A stretch of DNA of 40,467 nt from a virus (IMGVR_UViG_3300022930_000015:1-40467), one strand, 5' to 3'. Counted from the first letter of the stretch, positions 26,127 through 36,156 are shown. Notes: generated from the sequence alone by a model not told the origin. Made by a program: numbers and translations.

Positions 26127-27953
26127 ATGGCAAAAAACACAGTAAGTTTTATAGACCCAACAGATGCTAATGCTTTACAGTTATTGCAGGATAGCCAAAA
26201 AGCACAGCGTAACCAAGAATTAGCTTTATTACTCAAAAAAAGGCAAATAGAGCAAGGTAATACTCTAGGTAACACGCAAATGGTTAGCGGTATAGCAATT
26301 CGCAATAGTCCATTAGCAGGTTTAGCTCAATTATTACAGACCTATAATGCGGATAAAAACTTAGAAAACGCAGATACTGCTTTAGCTAAACAACAATTAG
26401 CACAAGAGACCGCCGCCTATAATAGATTTGCACCAACGACAGAACAACCGCAGGCTATGCCAACACAACAGCCAATAGCTCAAGATACGGCAATTACTGC
26501 CCTAATTCCTGAACCACAAGTACAAAGTCAAGTAATGCCAGCTCAACAAGAACAAACAACACAAAGCTTTACGCCTCCGCCTACAGGATTAAAAAGCCCA
26601 TTTAGTTTTGATGCCAATGTACCGCCTCCAAATTATGGCGGTCAGCCAATTAATATTGCTAATCAAAATGGGCAAATTTCTCAATTAAGCCAAATGCTTA
26701 AACCTCCTGTAAATGATGTTAGACCATTACCAATAGCAGAAAATCAACAGCAACAAATGCCAATGGCTCAAGGACAATCGCCTTTAGCTCAATTAATAGC
26801 TAATCCAAATGTTAATATACAAGCACCGCAACCACAAAGGCAAATTAACCCATACAATGCTTTAGGCTTAGACCAAAAAACAGCGTATGCATATAGTAAA
26901 TTTGCACCCGATGCATTTTATAAAGCTAATTTAGAGGCTTTATCGCCTACTAATTTACAAAAAGAAAACCAATATTTAGGCATTCCAACTGAACAAGCAA
27001 GGCAGTTTTATATAGATAAAGCTAAAAAAGATAGTTATATTGCTCCAAATGAATTAAAAGGCGGAAGTTATTACGACAATCCAATGACTGGACAACGTGA
27101 ATTTGTAGCACCTACACAATTTGATAATGATAAAACATACTTTAATCCAAATACTGGACAAACTTTTTATAATACTTCGCCCGCTAATAATCCTGAAATA
27201 CAAGGAAAAATAGCAGGGGCTAGAAAGCAAGCAGAAGCAAGTATTGAAAATAGAAATAGCTTTATTGATACTATAGACCCAGCGACAGGGAATAAAAAAT
27301 CTATTACTAAGGAACAAGCTTTAAATCAAGGCGGAATAGTTACAGGTTTAGGAGAGGCTAATACACAACTACAAAAAGATTATGCTAAACACTATGCGGA
27401 TACTCAAAAAGACGCTTTTGAAGCCAGAAGAATTTTACCAAAAGTTATAGAAACCGCTAAACTAGCTTTGCAAACTCCAACAGGTCAAGGTACTGTAAGC
27501 CGTAATGAAATAGCAAATAAATTAGCAGTTTATGGAATAAAACTGCCAAATAAAGATTTATCTAAACAACAATTATTGCAAGCACGTTTAGCAACAAATT
27601 TAATAGACTATATGCAGAAAAGCGGAGGGGCAAGAGGATTCACAGAAACTGAAACTAAACAGGTTTTAAATAAAGCGATTGGCGATTTAGATACTAATCC
27701 AAGTGCGTTATTTAAACTTATTACTGATACAGCGGGCGAATTAATACAACGTGATAAATATGGCTCAAGTGTAAATGATAACTTTACTAAAAATAATGGA
27801 TTTGGTAAGTATAACGAAGTCTTTAATCCTAAACAGGCTAATAAAAACGCTTTATTATTGAATGCTTTTAGTGGCGATAAAAGTTTAAGAAATGCTTTTT
27901 TCATGAGTTTAAGCCCTGAGGAAAGAAAACAACTACTTAATAAAGGCAAATAA
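26127..27953 (+). CDS. Probable DNA ejection (internal virion) protein
   Basis: 608 aa, G..QMVSG and SPL.GLAQ motifs, Q/P-rich linker; position in module. Confidence 0.65.
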   Translation: MAKNTVSFIDPTDANALQLLQDSQKAQRNQELALLLKKRQIEQGNTLGNTQMVSGIAIRNSPLAGLAQLLQTYNADKNLENADTALAKQQLAQETAAYNRFAPTTEQPQAMPTQQPIAQDTAITALIPEPQVQSQVMPAQQEQTTQSFTPPPTGLKSPFSFDANVPPPNYGGQPINIANQNGQISQLSQMLKPPVNDVRPLPIAENQQQQMPMAQGQSPLAQLIANPNVNIQAPQPQRQINPYNALGLDQKTAYAYSKFAPDAFYKANLEALSPTNLQKENQYLGIPTEQARQFYIDKAKKDSYIAPNELKGGSYYDNPMTGQREFVAPTQFDNDKTYFNPNTGQTFYNTSPANNPEIQGKIAGARKQAEASIENRNSFIDTIDPATGNKKSITKEQALNQGGIVTGLGEANTQLQKDYAKHYADTQKDAFEARRILPKVIETAKLALQTPTGQGTVSRNEIANKLAVYGIKLPNKDLSKQQLLQARLATNLIDYMQKSGGARGFTETETKQVLNKAIGDLDTNPSALFKLITDTAGELIQRDKYGSSVNDNFTKNNGFGKYNEVFNPKQANKNALLLNAFSGDKSLRNAFFMSLSPEERKQLLNKGK

Positions 27954-29779
27954 TGGACGAATTAGACGCTCAAACATTAGCAGAATTACAAGCGTTAGAT
28001 AAAGAAATTATAGCTAAAGAGCAATTACAGACGCAAAAAGCACAGCAGGGAACGCCTATATTAGAAACTTTAGGGCGGATTGCTAAAGCACCAGCTAATA
28101 TAGGCGCTGGATTATTTAAAGGTGGATTAGTAGACCCATTAATAGGCTTAAGTCAACTAGGTGCTGATAGTATAGACGCTTTAGCACAAACTAATTTAGC
28201 AGAACCTACTAATAAATTTGCTGATACAGTAAATAATTATTTTAAAAAATATACAGATACTCCCGAGGGGTTTGCTGGTCAAATAGGTGGCGGAATAGGC
28301 GGTGCTTTATTAGCACCTCAAGTCTTACCAGCTAAACTGGCAGGCGGAAGCAGTGCATTAGCTAATATCTTAAAAGGTGCAGGCATTGGAGCGGTACAAG
28401 GCTTAGCACAACCTATTTATGATAATGAAAATCATGCTAGTGCTAGGTTTACTAATTCAGCATTAGGAGCTGGTTTTGGTGGAGCTTTACCAGCAGTTGC
28501 AAAGACTTTAGGGGCTTTTGGAGTTGGTAAAAAAGCTAGTACAGCTAATGAAATTGCTAGAAACTCTAATATGCCAAATTCCGAACTAGCTAATTTGTTA
28601 AGGCAAAATCATACTTTAGTTGAGGGTAGTAAGCCAACAGTTACAGAAATTGTACCAACGCCTGCAAATATAGGGCAGTACAATAGACTTAAAAACAAAG
28701 GTGCAAATATTGATGAAACATTCCCTTTAGCAGTTAGGCAGTCTGATAATAATTTAGCTAGAGTTAATTCATTAAGAGGGCAGGCAGGAACTCCGCAGGA
28801 ATTAGAAGCGTTAAGGCAATTTAGAGCCAATGAAGCACAAAATACCTATAGCCAATTAAAGCCCATACCTCTTACTGATGAGATTAAATATGCATTAGAC
28901 CAGCCTTACACTCAATCAGAACTAGGATTAGCACAAAGAGATTTTAACGCTAATATCAATCCGCTAGATAGGGTAAATGCCGTACAAGATAATAAATTAA
29001 ATCCGCAGGCAGTTAGGCTTATTTCTACAGGATTAAATTCAAAAACCAACCCTAATTTAAATATTACACCAGATGAAGCACGTATTTTTGGCAAAGAAGC
29101 TAATTTATTTGATACTACAATTGATGATTTAGACCCAGCATATAAAGAGGCTAAGGCACAATATAGAGCAAATAGCCAACCCATAACAGACGCAGAAACG
29201 GCATACCAATTATTAGGGCATAAAAAGAATAATGACGGCACTATAAATTATGAGATTGATAAAAAAACTTTAGATTTACAAGGCAATCCTCAGTTAACAT
29301 TTAGTGGTTATACTAGCGATTTATCACGCCTATTAAATGAAAAATATCCGCCTAGTCAAAGTGCTTTAGAGGATACTTTTAATCCTATACAAAAAGATTT
29401 GCAAAGAGAAACGCCATTATTTAAAAGTACAGGTTCAGCAGGTAGTCAAACCAATGCTAATGAGCAAAACGCTAATGTAGGAGAATTGGCAGGCGGTAAA
29501 ATTGGATTATTAAGTAGATTAATAGGTAAGTTAGGCGGAGATGCAAAAGCTAAACAATCAATTAATTACTTACTAGATAAAGACGCTTTAGCTAATCAAT
29601 TATCATCAGGCGGACAAAGAGCATACGATACTTTAGGGGCTAGTCAGCCATTTATGGGCAGTCAATTATCCCAAGCATTAATAAATTATATGAATGCCGA
29701 CCAATTAGACCCTATAGAAGTAGAAGCACCTAAAAACTTAACCAAAGAAGAATTACAATTCATTCAAAACCAAAGGTAG
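27953..29779 (+). CDS. Probable DNA ejection protein with Gly/Ala-rich hydrophobic helices
   Basis: 608 aa; GAGIGAVQG and ALGAGFGGALP segments. Confidence 0.65.
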   Translation: MDELDAQTLAELQALDKEIIAKEQLQTQKAQQGTPILETLGRIAKAPANIGAGLFKGGLVDPLIGLSQLGADSIDALAQTNLAEPTNKFADTVNNYFKKYTDTPEGFAGQIGGGIGGALLAPQVLPAKLAGGSSALANILKGAGIGAVQGLAQPIYDNENHASARFTNSALGAGFGGALPAVAKTLGAFGVGKKASTANEIARNSNMPNSELANLLRQNHTLVEGSKPTVTEIVPTPANIGQYNRLKNKGANIDETFPLAVRQSDNNLARVNSLRGQAGTPQELEALRQFRANEAQNTYSQLKPIPLTDEIKYALDQPYTQSELGLAQRDFNANINPLDRVNAVQDNKLNPQAVRLISTGLNSKTNPNLNITPDEARIFGKEANLFDTTIDDLDPAYKEAKAQYRANSQPITDAETAYQLLGHKKNNDGTINYEIDKKTLDLQGNPQLTFSGYTSDLSRLLNEKYPPSQSALEDTFNPIQKDLQRETPLFKSTGSAGSQTNANEQNANVGELAGGKIGLLSRLIGKLGGDAKAKQSINYLLDKDALANQLSSGGQRAYDTLGASQPFMGSQLSQALINYMNADQLDPIEVEAPKNLTKEELQFIQNQR

Positions 29780-29782
29780 ATT

Positions 29783-30601
29783 ATGAGCGACCCAGTATTC
29801 AATAAACCAATTCCGCAAGGAATAGAAAGCACAGTAGGTTACTATCTTGTGACTACTGCTTTTACAGGCGGAGTTTTAAACGATGTTTTAGAGAAAAAAA
29901 TAGCAGTAGATTTGAGTAAATCAAGTCAAACTGAAAGCAAAGCAACATTACTTGGCGTATATTACGTTAATTTAACGCAAGGTACATTACTTCAAGATAG
30001 CGAAGTATTAGCGGGTAATATTACATATATTGGAGGCAGTGCAAGCGGAGGCGGAAGTAGTGGAACTGCCCAATTTGTAAGGATTACGGACGGAACTAAT
30101 AATTTAGGGTTGGGTAGTACAGCTGTAGGTACAGCACCAAGCAATACAATTCTTGGTGGAACTGTTTATAATTCAGGAACTCAAACCTTAACTAATGGGC
30201 AAACTATAGCGGTTCAATGCGATGTCAACGGCAAAGCATTAGTAAGTATTCAAAAAAGTATATTCCCAGTTACCCAGCATCAAAGTTTAGCTTTAACTAA
30301 TACAGCGGTTTCAGTAAAAGCAACTAGCGGTCAACTTTTTGGCTTTAACTTTGTAAACCAATCAGCAACGGTTGCATATGTTAAATTTTATAATATAGTA
30401 AGTGGAAGCGTAACAGTTGGTACAAGTGCAGTAGCAAAAAAAGTCATAGTACCAGCTACAGGCAGTCTTTTTATACCAGTACAAATAATGATACAGCATA
30501 ATTTTACAACAGCTATTAGTATGGCGGCGACACTAAATTATATTGATACTGATAATACAGCACCAACAAATACAATTTATGCAGATGTTTATTACAATTA
30601 A
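29783..30601 (+). CDS. Probable virion structural protein (beta-sandwich C-terminus)
   Basis: VKATSGQLFG....N......YVKFYN pattern; N-terminal domain shared with 13078..13626. Confidence 0.65.
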   Translation: MSDPVFNKPIPQGIESTVGYYLVTTAFTGGVLNDVLEKKIAVDLSKSSQTESKATLLGVYYVNLTQGTLLQDSEVLAGNITYIGGSASGGGSSGTAQFVRITDGTNNLGLGSTAVGTAPSNTILGGTVYNSGTQTLTNGQTIAVQCDVNGKALVSIQKSIFPVTQHQSLALTNTAVSVKATSGQLFGFNFVNQSATVAYVKFYNIVSGSVTVGTSAVAKKVIVPATGSLFIPVQIMIQHNFTTAISMAATLNYIDTDNTAPTNTIYADVYYN

Positions 30602-30609
30602 AGGAATAT

Positions 30610-32310
30610 ATGAAATTTATTAGATATTTATTATTAACATTATTAGCAGTAACCAGCATTGCAAATAGTGCTAGAGACGGCAACGGCAATTATAATTTAC
30701 CAGCGGGCAACCCTGTTCAAAGTGGAACTACAATTAGCAGTTCATGGGCTAATGGTACATTAAGCGATGTAGCTAGTGCCTTAACTGGTAGCATCTCAAG
30801 AGATGGACAAAGTCCCGCTACTGGTAATTTGGCTATGGGTGGATATGTACTTAAAAACTTAGGTAATGGTACATTAAGAAATCATAGTGTTAATGTAGGT
30901 CAAATACAAGATAGTTCATTAACATTATTAACTAGTGTAAGCGGGGTTGATACTATAACGGCTAGTTTGGCTAATTTAACAGCTTATGCAAATGGGCAAT
31001 TATTTTCATTTAAAGCAGTTGGGGCAAATACTGGTGCAGTTACCATTAATATAAATGGTATTGGTGCAAAATCCGTGCTAAATAATGGCTTAGCTTTAAC
31101 AGCTGGTACATTTCAAAACGGTAGATTTTATCAAATAATTTATGACGGTACGCAGTTTAATTTATCAGGCGGGGCAGGCGGATTATCAAAAAATGGCGAT
31201 ACAGGAGCAGGTGCATATACTTTTGATACTACAACAGCAAGCGGAATAATGCCGTTTAGAGTTACAAATTCAAGTATATTTACAAATTTAGACCCATATA
31301 GGAGTAGTAGTTTTTCTGTTCTTTCTACAGGATTAAATAATAATCAGCCAATAGGATATTTAGAAACTAATGTAAATACAACAAGCTTAGGTAATCATTC
31401 ATTAGTTATAAAAAATGTCGCCGCACCTGTAGGCGGAGCATCTGATTTTATTAGTCAAGGCGTGGAATTATTAGCAACTAATTTAAATACTGGTACAGCT
31501 AATGCCCTTTCAAATGGTAAAGCTAAAATTGAGATAGTAAGCGGAAATAATAGCTTAACTAATGATAATAGAGATGGGCAATTACGCTTAATGTCAAGAA
31601 AGCTAGATAATAGCGGATTTGAACCAAATGTAGAAATTAATGCGTTAAGTGCGGAGGGTTTGGTTAGCTTTAAAGGGAATGCTATCGAGCAAGACCCAGC
31701 AAGCGGTAATGCCGACCACTATTTAAGAACAAGTAATAATGATTGGCACATTCAAGCAAATGCTACCAGCAATAGATTTCAAGTTAGAGATGCCAGCAAT
31801 GGCGATGTTACAGCTTGGGATATATCAGCGAATGATGACGGCTTAATGTCTATTTATCAGCGTTCAGATTTAAGTATTGGGCGTTTACGTTTTGGTAATA
31901 GTTCGCCAAGTAAGATTTTAAGTGTAGGGGCAGGAAATACATATAACTTTGCAGGCGACACAAATGTTAGTCTAACCACTCAAGGTGGTAAATATGTTGA
32001 TGTAACTGATTTACAAGCAGTATCAGCAGTAGACGGCGGAAGCACGGCAATTACTCAACTAGCATCAAAAGTTAGATTATTATTAAATACTGGTACAGCC
32101 TTAGCAACTTATGGCGTAGGATTACCAACAACACCAATTAATAGTCAAGAAGTGTGTGTAAGTGGTAGAAGCACAGTTACAGCACTAACAGCAAGCAGTG
32201 CAGACGGTGGAGCTACAATATTTAATAATGTTGCTAATAATTTACTATCTGGACAAAGTGCATGTTGGATATATAGAACCACTGGTAATGCATGGTGGCG
32301 TATTCAGTAA
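30610..32310 (+). CDS. Tail fibre/spike protein with an apparent N-terminal signal peptide
   Basis: RDGNGNYNLPAGNPV.SGTTISSSWAN.TLSD.ASALTGS..RDGQ virion-anchoring domain and NTGAVTININGIGAK domain; preceded by MKFIRYLLLTLLAVTSIANSA. Confidence 0.8.
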   Translation: MKFIRYLLLTLLAVTSIANSARDGNGNYNLPAGNPVQSGTTISSSWANGTLSDVASALTGSISRDGQSPATGNLAMGGYVLKNLGNGTLRNHSVNVGQIQDSSLTLLTSVSGVDTITASLANLTAYANGQLFSFKAVGANTGAVTININGIGAKSVLNNGLALTAGTFQNGRFYQIIYDGTQFNLSGGAGGLSKNGDTGAGAYTFDTTTASGIMPFRVTNSSIFTNLDPYRSSSFSVLSTGLNNNQPIGYLETNVNTTSLGNHSLVIKNVAAPVGGASDFISQGVELLATNLNTGTANALSNGKAKIEIVSGNNSLTNDNRDGQLRLMSRKLDNSGFEPNVEINALSAEGLVSFKGNAIEQDPASGNADHYLRTSNNDWHIQANATSNRFQVRDASNGDVTAWDISANDDGLMSIYQRSDLSIGRLRFGNSSPSKILSVGAGNTYNFAGDTNVSLTTQGGKYVDVTDLQAVSAVDGGSTAITQLASKVRLLLNTGTALATYGVGLPTTPINSQEVCVSGRSTVTALTASSADGGATIFNNVANNLLSGQSACWIYRTTGNAWWRIQ

Positions 32311-32346
32311 TTTGTGTTAAACTATAAAGAAAAAAGGTAGTAATAT

Positions 32347-32484
32347 ATGAATAAAGAGCAGTGTGATAATTTAATTAATTTGATTAAATCTATTATGAAA
32401 AATAACGGCAGTTCTGAATTAATACCTAAGTTAGAAGTTACATTTGAGCAATTAGAGGATATATTAACGGCTACAAAGGAATAA
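32347..32484 (+). CDS. Hypothetical protein, 45 aa (not in ORF track)
   Basis: AAGGT RBS; MNKEQCDNLINLIK... Confidence 0.5.
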   Translation: MNKEQCDNLINLIKSIMKNNGSSELIPKLEVTFEQLEDILTATKE

Positions 32485-32487
32485 AAA

Positions 32488-32712
32488 ATGACAAAAGAAA
32501 CTAAATCAATCCCAGTTGAAGAATTACATAAGCACCCTGATGAACAGTCAGATGAAGCAAAAGCATTTTTAAAGAAAGACCAAGACGGATATTGGGCAGA
32601 CGTTACCAAAGATGATAAAGAGGATAGCAAAGATGTGCTTAAAAAAGATGATGAGGAAAAATTACCAGCTAAACAAAGTAATTCTTTTAAGCCAAGACCT
32701 GAAAATAATTAA
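32488..32712 (+). CDS. Small highly charged hypothetical protein
   Basis: AAGGA RBS; rich in D, E and K. Confidence 0.6.
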   Translation: MTKETKSIPVEELHKHPDEQSDEAKAFLKKDQDGYWADVTKDDKEDSKDVLKKDDEEKLPAKQSNSFKPRPENN

Positions 32713-32721
32713 AGGTATTTT

Positions 32722-32940
32722 ATGAGAAATTTTAGGGCTACAAAAGAAACTTATCAAAGATTGCCAAACGAATGTCAAAAAAGATATTTAATTCAAAAAC
32801 AACAAGATGAGATTGATTTGAATAATTCTTTTAAAGAAGTAGAGAAAGCATTTAAAATAAAATTACACCATGATTTTGACATAATGTTTAATGTTCGTGG
32901 CAATGATTTCAAGTCTGGGCTAGCATCATTAATAAAATAG
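32722..32940 (+). CDS. Hypothetical protein
   Basis: AAGGT RBS; 72 aa. Confidence 0.6.
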   Translation: MRNFRATKETYQRLPNECQKRYLIQKQQDEIDLNNSFKEVEKAFKIKLHHDFDIMFNVRGNDFKSGLASLIK

Positions 32941-33058
32941 TCTTTACTTTCTCTAAATTTGTACTAAACTAAAGTATCACAATATAAAAGGTAAGGTGAT
33001 TTCATAAAAAACAGTCGAGAGACTGCAAATTCCTAAAATATTAATTATGATGTACACT

Positions 33059-33089
33059 TTAGCCCCTTAATTGGGGCTAATTTCATTTT
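33059..33089 (+). terminator. Intrinsic terminator
   Basis: TTAGCCCC-ttaatt-GGGGCTAA followed by TTTCATTTT. Confidence 0.75.
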
Positions 33090-33219
33090 AAAGCATTGAA
33101 ATGTACAAACACATATCTAACATTAAAATAATGCAGTACAAGACATTTAAACACGTCGATTTTTTAGCAATTTGTACTAAAATGTAATATAATGAATTAT
33201 TGAAATAAATTAAATAAAT

Positions 33220-33420
33220 ATGAAAAATCAAGACCAAAAAGACCAATTAAGAGCAGAAATTGCAGAACTCCATAAAAAAATTACACTATTAGTTAGTGAA
33301 AATCTACCGCAAATAGTAGGTATAGATGCAAATAACCTTCACATTGAACAGGCTTTATTTAGACATAAAGAGGTTTTATTTTGGATTGATGAGGCAATAT
33401 ATAATTCTTTAGAGGACTAA
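33220..33420 (+). CDS. Hypothetical protein
   Basis: 66-aa ORF downstream of a TATAAT box. Confidence 0.55.
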   Translation: MKNQDQKDQLRAEIAELHKKITLLVSENLPQIVGIDANNLHIEQALFRHKEVLFWIDEAIYNSLED

Positions 33421-33427
33421 ACTATTC

Positions 33428-33610
33428 ATGAAACAATTAGCAATGCGGACTTGCTTAATTATTTTTCTAACTGGTTGTACTTCTATAGAAAAAGTAGCAA
33501 CCATTCAAAACGATAAACTACAAATAAGCTTAAGCGATAAAATAATTCAAAACGTGTCTAAGGTTAAGGCATTGTATGATTTAGCTTTGATTGCTAGGGG
33601 GTTGATATGA
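33428..33610 (+). CDS. Small predicted lipoprotein (possible lysis accessory)
   Basis: MKQLAMRTCLIIFLTG-C lipobox. Confidence 0.55.
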   Translation: MKQLAMRTCLIIFLTGCTSIEKVATIQNDKLQISLSDKIIQNVSKVKALYDLALIARGLI

Positions 33611-33834
33611 AATGGGAATATGATATAAAAACAGGACATTATAATTTAAGAAAAAATGATGCTACTATTTCTATTTGTACAAAATGGCAAGGTCGTTATA
33701 ATGCTAGCGTAGTATTTGACAATGAACCAAATACCCATAAATTACTGATGAAAAACGGAGGGGTTGGCAATTATACGTGTTTAGAACATTGTAAAATGGC
33801 GGCGGAGCTATTTGATTTAGAGGTCTTAAAATGA
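33607..33834 (+). CDS. Hypothetical protein (W...LExxK family)
   Basis: ATGA overlaps at both ends; YTCLEHCKMAAE motif. Confidence 0.6.
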   Translation: MKWEYDIKTGHYNLRKNDATISICTKWQGRYNASVVFDNEPNTHKLLMKNGGVGNYTCLEHCKMAAELFDLEVLK

Positions 33835-34259
33835 GCTTAGGAACTATGCTATTTGAGGACAACGACGAAATAGACGACACGCTATATCAAACCTATAAAA
33901 TCAAACTAGGCAAGTACAATATAGAAATACCAGCAGGGTTTAAAACTGATTATGCTAGTATTCCTAGATTTCTATTACCTTTTTTTGTTAAATACCAAAA
34001 AGCATATAAAAAGGCTTCTGTAATTCATGATTGGCTTTACTGGTTGCAAAAACCACATACAAGAGCAGTAGCAGATAAGATATTTTACGATGCGATGTAT
34101 CTTGGCGAAATACCAAGTTTTAAGCGTAATTTTATCTATTGGGGCGTGCGTTGTTTTGGTGCTAAAGCATGGAATAGAAACAAAAAATTACGTGAACTTA
34201 GAGGCTTAGAATATAGAATAACAAAAGTAAATAAAGATTTAGGGGTTTGTAGTGTATGA
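33831..34259 (+). CDS. DUF1353-family protein
   Basis: IPAGFKTDYASIP, ASVIHDWLY, R..AD.IF..AM and Y.GVR.FG motifs. Confidence 0.88.
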   Translation: MSLGTMLFEDNDEIDDTLYQTYKIKLGKYNIEIPAGFKTDYASIPRFLLPFFVKYQKAYKKASVIHDWLYWLQKPHTRAVADKIFYDAMYLGEIPSFKRNFIYWGVRCFGAKAWNRNKKLRELRGLEYRITKVNKDLGVCSV

Positions 34260-34825
34260 ATAAATTTATTATGCCATGTGGAGCTGAAATTAATCATAAT
34301 ATAAATTCACACAACGATTTGCTTAATTTTTTGGATATGAAAAATATAATTACTAAAAAACAAATACTTGGTTTTTATAATTTTTTTGCAAATTTAAGTA
34401 TTATAGGCAAAGTAAATAAAATGGAGGCTTTATTAAAATATTTAGAAATGCTTAATTTACCTAAAATGACTTTTGATGAAATAGAAGCAAAACAGAATAA
34501 GATATTTCAAATATCTATTAAGGATTATATAAAAATACAAGCAAAATTTAAAAATAAACAAAATAAAGACATAGTAGATAAATTTATTAAATATGCAGAA
34601 TATGCTAAAACTGTACAAATAGATTTTGCTAAATTAGCTCAAAAATTATATCCTAGAAAAGATTATAAATTTAATAAAATTAATAAATTAAAAGTAAAAA
34701 GTAGGTCGCAATATTTTAGATTTAAATTACGTAATAGATTTATTGAAAGAAATAAAAATATATTTATAATCATCACTCAAAAAAGATATGACTATGTTAA
34801 AAGAAAAATGGATATTTTTATATAA
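34256..34825 (+). CDS. Lysine-rich hypothetical protein
   Basis: 189 aa; extremely AT-rich; ATGA overlap with the upstream gene. Confidence 0.6.
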   Translation: MNKFIMPCGAEINHNINSHNDLLNFLDMKNIITKKQILGFYNFFANLSIIGKVNKMEALLKYLEMLNLPKMTFDEIEAKQNKIFQISIKDYIKIQAKFKNKQNKDIVDKFIKYAEYAKTVQIDFAKLAQKLYPRKDYKFNKINKLKVKSRSQYFRFKLRNRFIERNKNIFIIITQKRYDYVKRKMDIFI

Positions 34826-34922
34826 TGCCTAAACCAACAATACTAAGCCCATACTTCAAGCCATATTCAAAGCCTAGAGTTACGTTTTTAGATAGATTAA
34901 AACAGATTTTTAAGGGTAAATA

Positions 34923-35450
34923 ATGAGATATTTTTTTGATACGGAATTTTTAGAAAATGGTAAAACTATTGATTTAATCAGTATAGGTATAGTTTGCGAA
35001 GACGGCAGAGAGTTATATTTGCAAAATTCAGGTTTTAATTTCCATTCTGCTGATACGTGGCTTAAACAAAATGTTTTATCCAAATTAACAGAGTTTGATA
35101 TAGAATCTGGTAGATTTACTGTAGAAAAATATAATACCGATATTTGGAAACAAAAACATGAAATAGCACACGAAGTTAATCAATTTATAACAGGCGATGA
35201 TATAGAGCTATGGGGCGAATATTGTGCTTATGACTTTGTAGCATTATGCCAGTTATGGGGTAAGGCAATAGATAAACCTAGTAATATACCTTGGTTAGCA
35301 AAAGATATACAGCAACTTATAATAGATAAGGCTATATTACCAGCATTGCCTACAAACGAAAATCCACATAATGCACTTGATGACGCTAAACATATATTTA
35401 ACAAGTATAAATTTATTACTGAATTTAAAAGACTTGGGATAACAAAATAA
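34923..35450 (+). CDS. DEDDh 3'-5' exoribonuclease (Rv2179c/DUF5051-like)
   Basis: FFDTEF, LISIGIV.EDG.E.Y, AYD.V.L.QLWG and HNALDDA motifs. Confidence 0.88.
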   Translation: MRYFFDTEFLENGKTIDLISIGIVCEDGRELYLQNSGFNFHSADTWLKQNVLSKLTEFDIESGRFTVEKYNTDIWKQKHEIAHEVNQFITGDDIELWGEYCAYDFVALCQLWGKAIDKPSNIPWLAKDIQQLIIDKAILPALPTNENPHNALDDAKHIFNKYKFITEFKRLGITK

Positions 35451-35917
35451 TGAACCTATCCGCACACTTCACACTAGCAGAATTTACCCGCTCAGAACGT
35501 GCGGAAAGATTAGGCTTGGATAATTCTATACCTAATAATCTAATGTCCAATGCTAATCGCATGGCTATGTTAATGGAACAAGTGCGTTCAATTCTAGGCA
35601 ATAAAATCATTGTTGTAAATTCTATGTACCGTAGCCCAGCAGTAAATAAAGCAGTCGGCGGAAGTAGAACGAGCTATCATTTAAAGGCGTTGGCGTGTGA
35701 TTTTGTATGCCCTAGTTTTGGCAGTCCGTATGATATAGCAACTAAATTAAGTAATTTGCCATTAGTATATGGATTTGTATTCGACCAGTTAATATACGAG
35801 GGTTCATGGGTGCATATTGGCTTAGCTGATGAGAATAAAACGCCTAGAATGCAGGTAATGACTATGATGATAATTAATAAAAAAGTAGTTTATCCAAAAG
35901 GGATTATTTTAAAATGA
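35450..35917 (+). CDS. Endolysin candidate, peptidase M15A family
   Basis: LS.HFTL.EF, S.YRS..VN.AVGG...S.H....A.D and DQLI.E..WVHI zinc-peptidase motifs. Confidence 0.9.
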   Translation: MNLSAHFTLAEFTRSERAERLGLDNSIPNNLMSNANRMAMLMEQVRSILGNKIIVVNSMYRSPAVNKAVGGSRTSYHLKALACDFVCPSFGSPYDIATKLSNLPLVYGFVFDQLIYEGSWVHIGLADENKTPRMQVMTMMIINKKVVYPKGIILK

Positions 35918-36156
35918 GTGAGCAAAACTTAATTACTTGGGAGCAGACAAGGCTTGATTATTGGTATGGAAGTTGTAAATTTGATTGTTCTTTAGGTATT
36001 ATTAGAGATTCAGATAATAAGTATATATGCTATTTTAGATTAACCAATATTGGAGAATTTGACACTTTAGAACAAGCAAAACAACACTGTGAAACCTTCC
36101 TTGTGATTTCAGCAGAAGAAAGAGCTTTGATTGTAGAAAATTTGATAAATAAATAA
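35914..36156 (+). CDS. Hypothetical protein (W...LExxK family)
   Basis: FDTLEQAKQHCE motif; ATGA overlap. Confidence 0.6.
   Translation: MSEQNLITWEQTRLDYWYGSCKFDCSLGIIRDSDNKYICYFRLTNIGEFDTLEQAKQHCETFLVISAEERALIVENLINK

Noticed and set aside
13689-29241. Minus-strand ORFs inside structural genes (13689, 14421, 16958, 18454, 19096, 19598, 22709, 24442, 26120, 27054, 27608, 28609, 28912)
   Set aside because: They are antisense shadows of well-supported genes, with no RBS or recognisable motifs.
26127-29779. Two adjacent 608-aa ORFs suggesting a duplication
   Set aside because: No visible sequence similarity; the equal length appears coincidental.
29783-33200. Diversity-generating retroelement or invertible tail-fibre cassette
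   Set aside because: I saw no reverse transcriptase, invertase or template/variable repeat pair.
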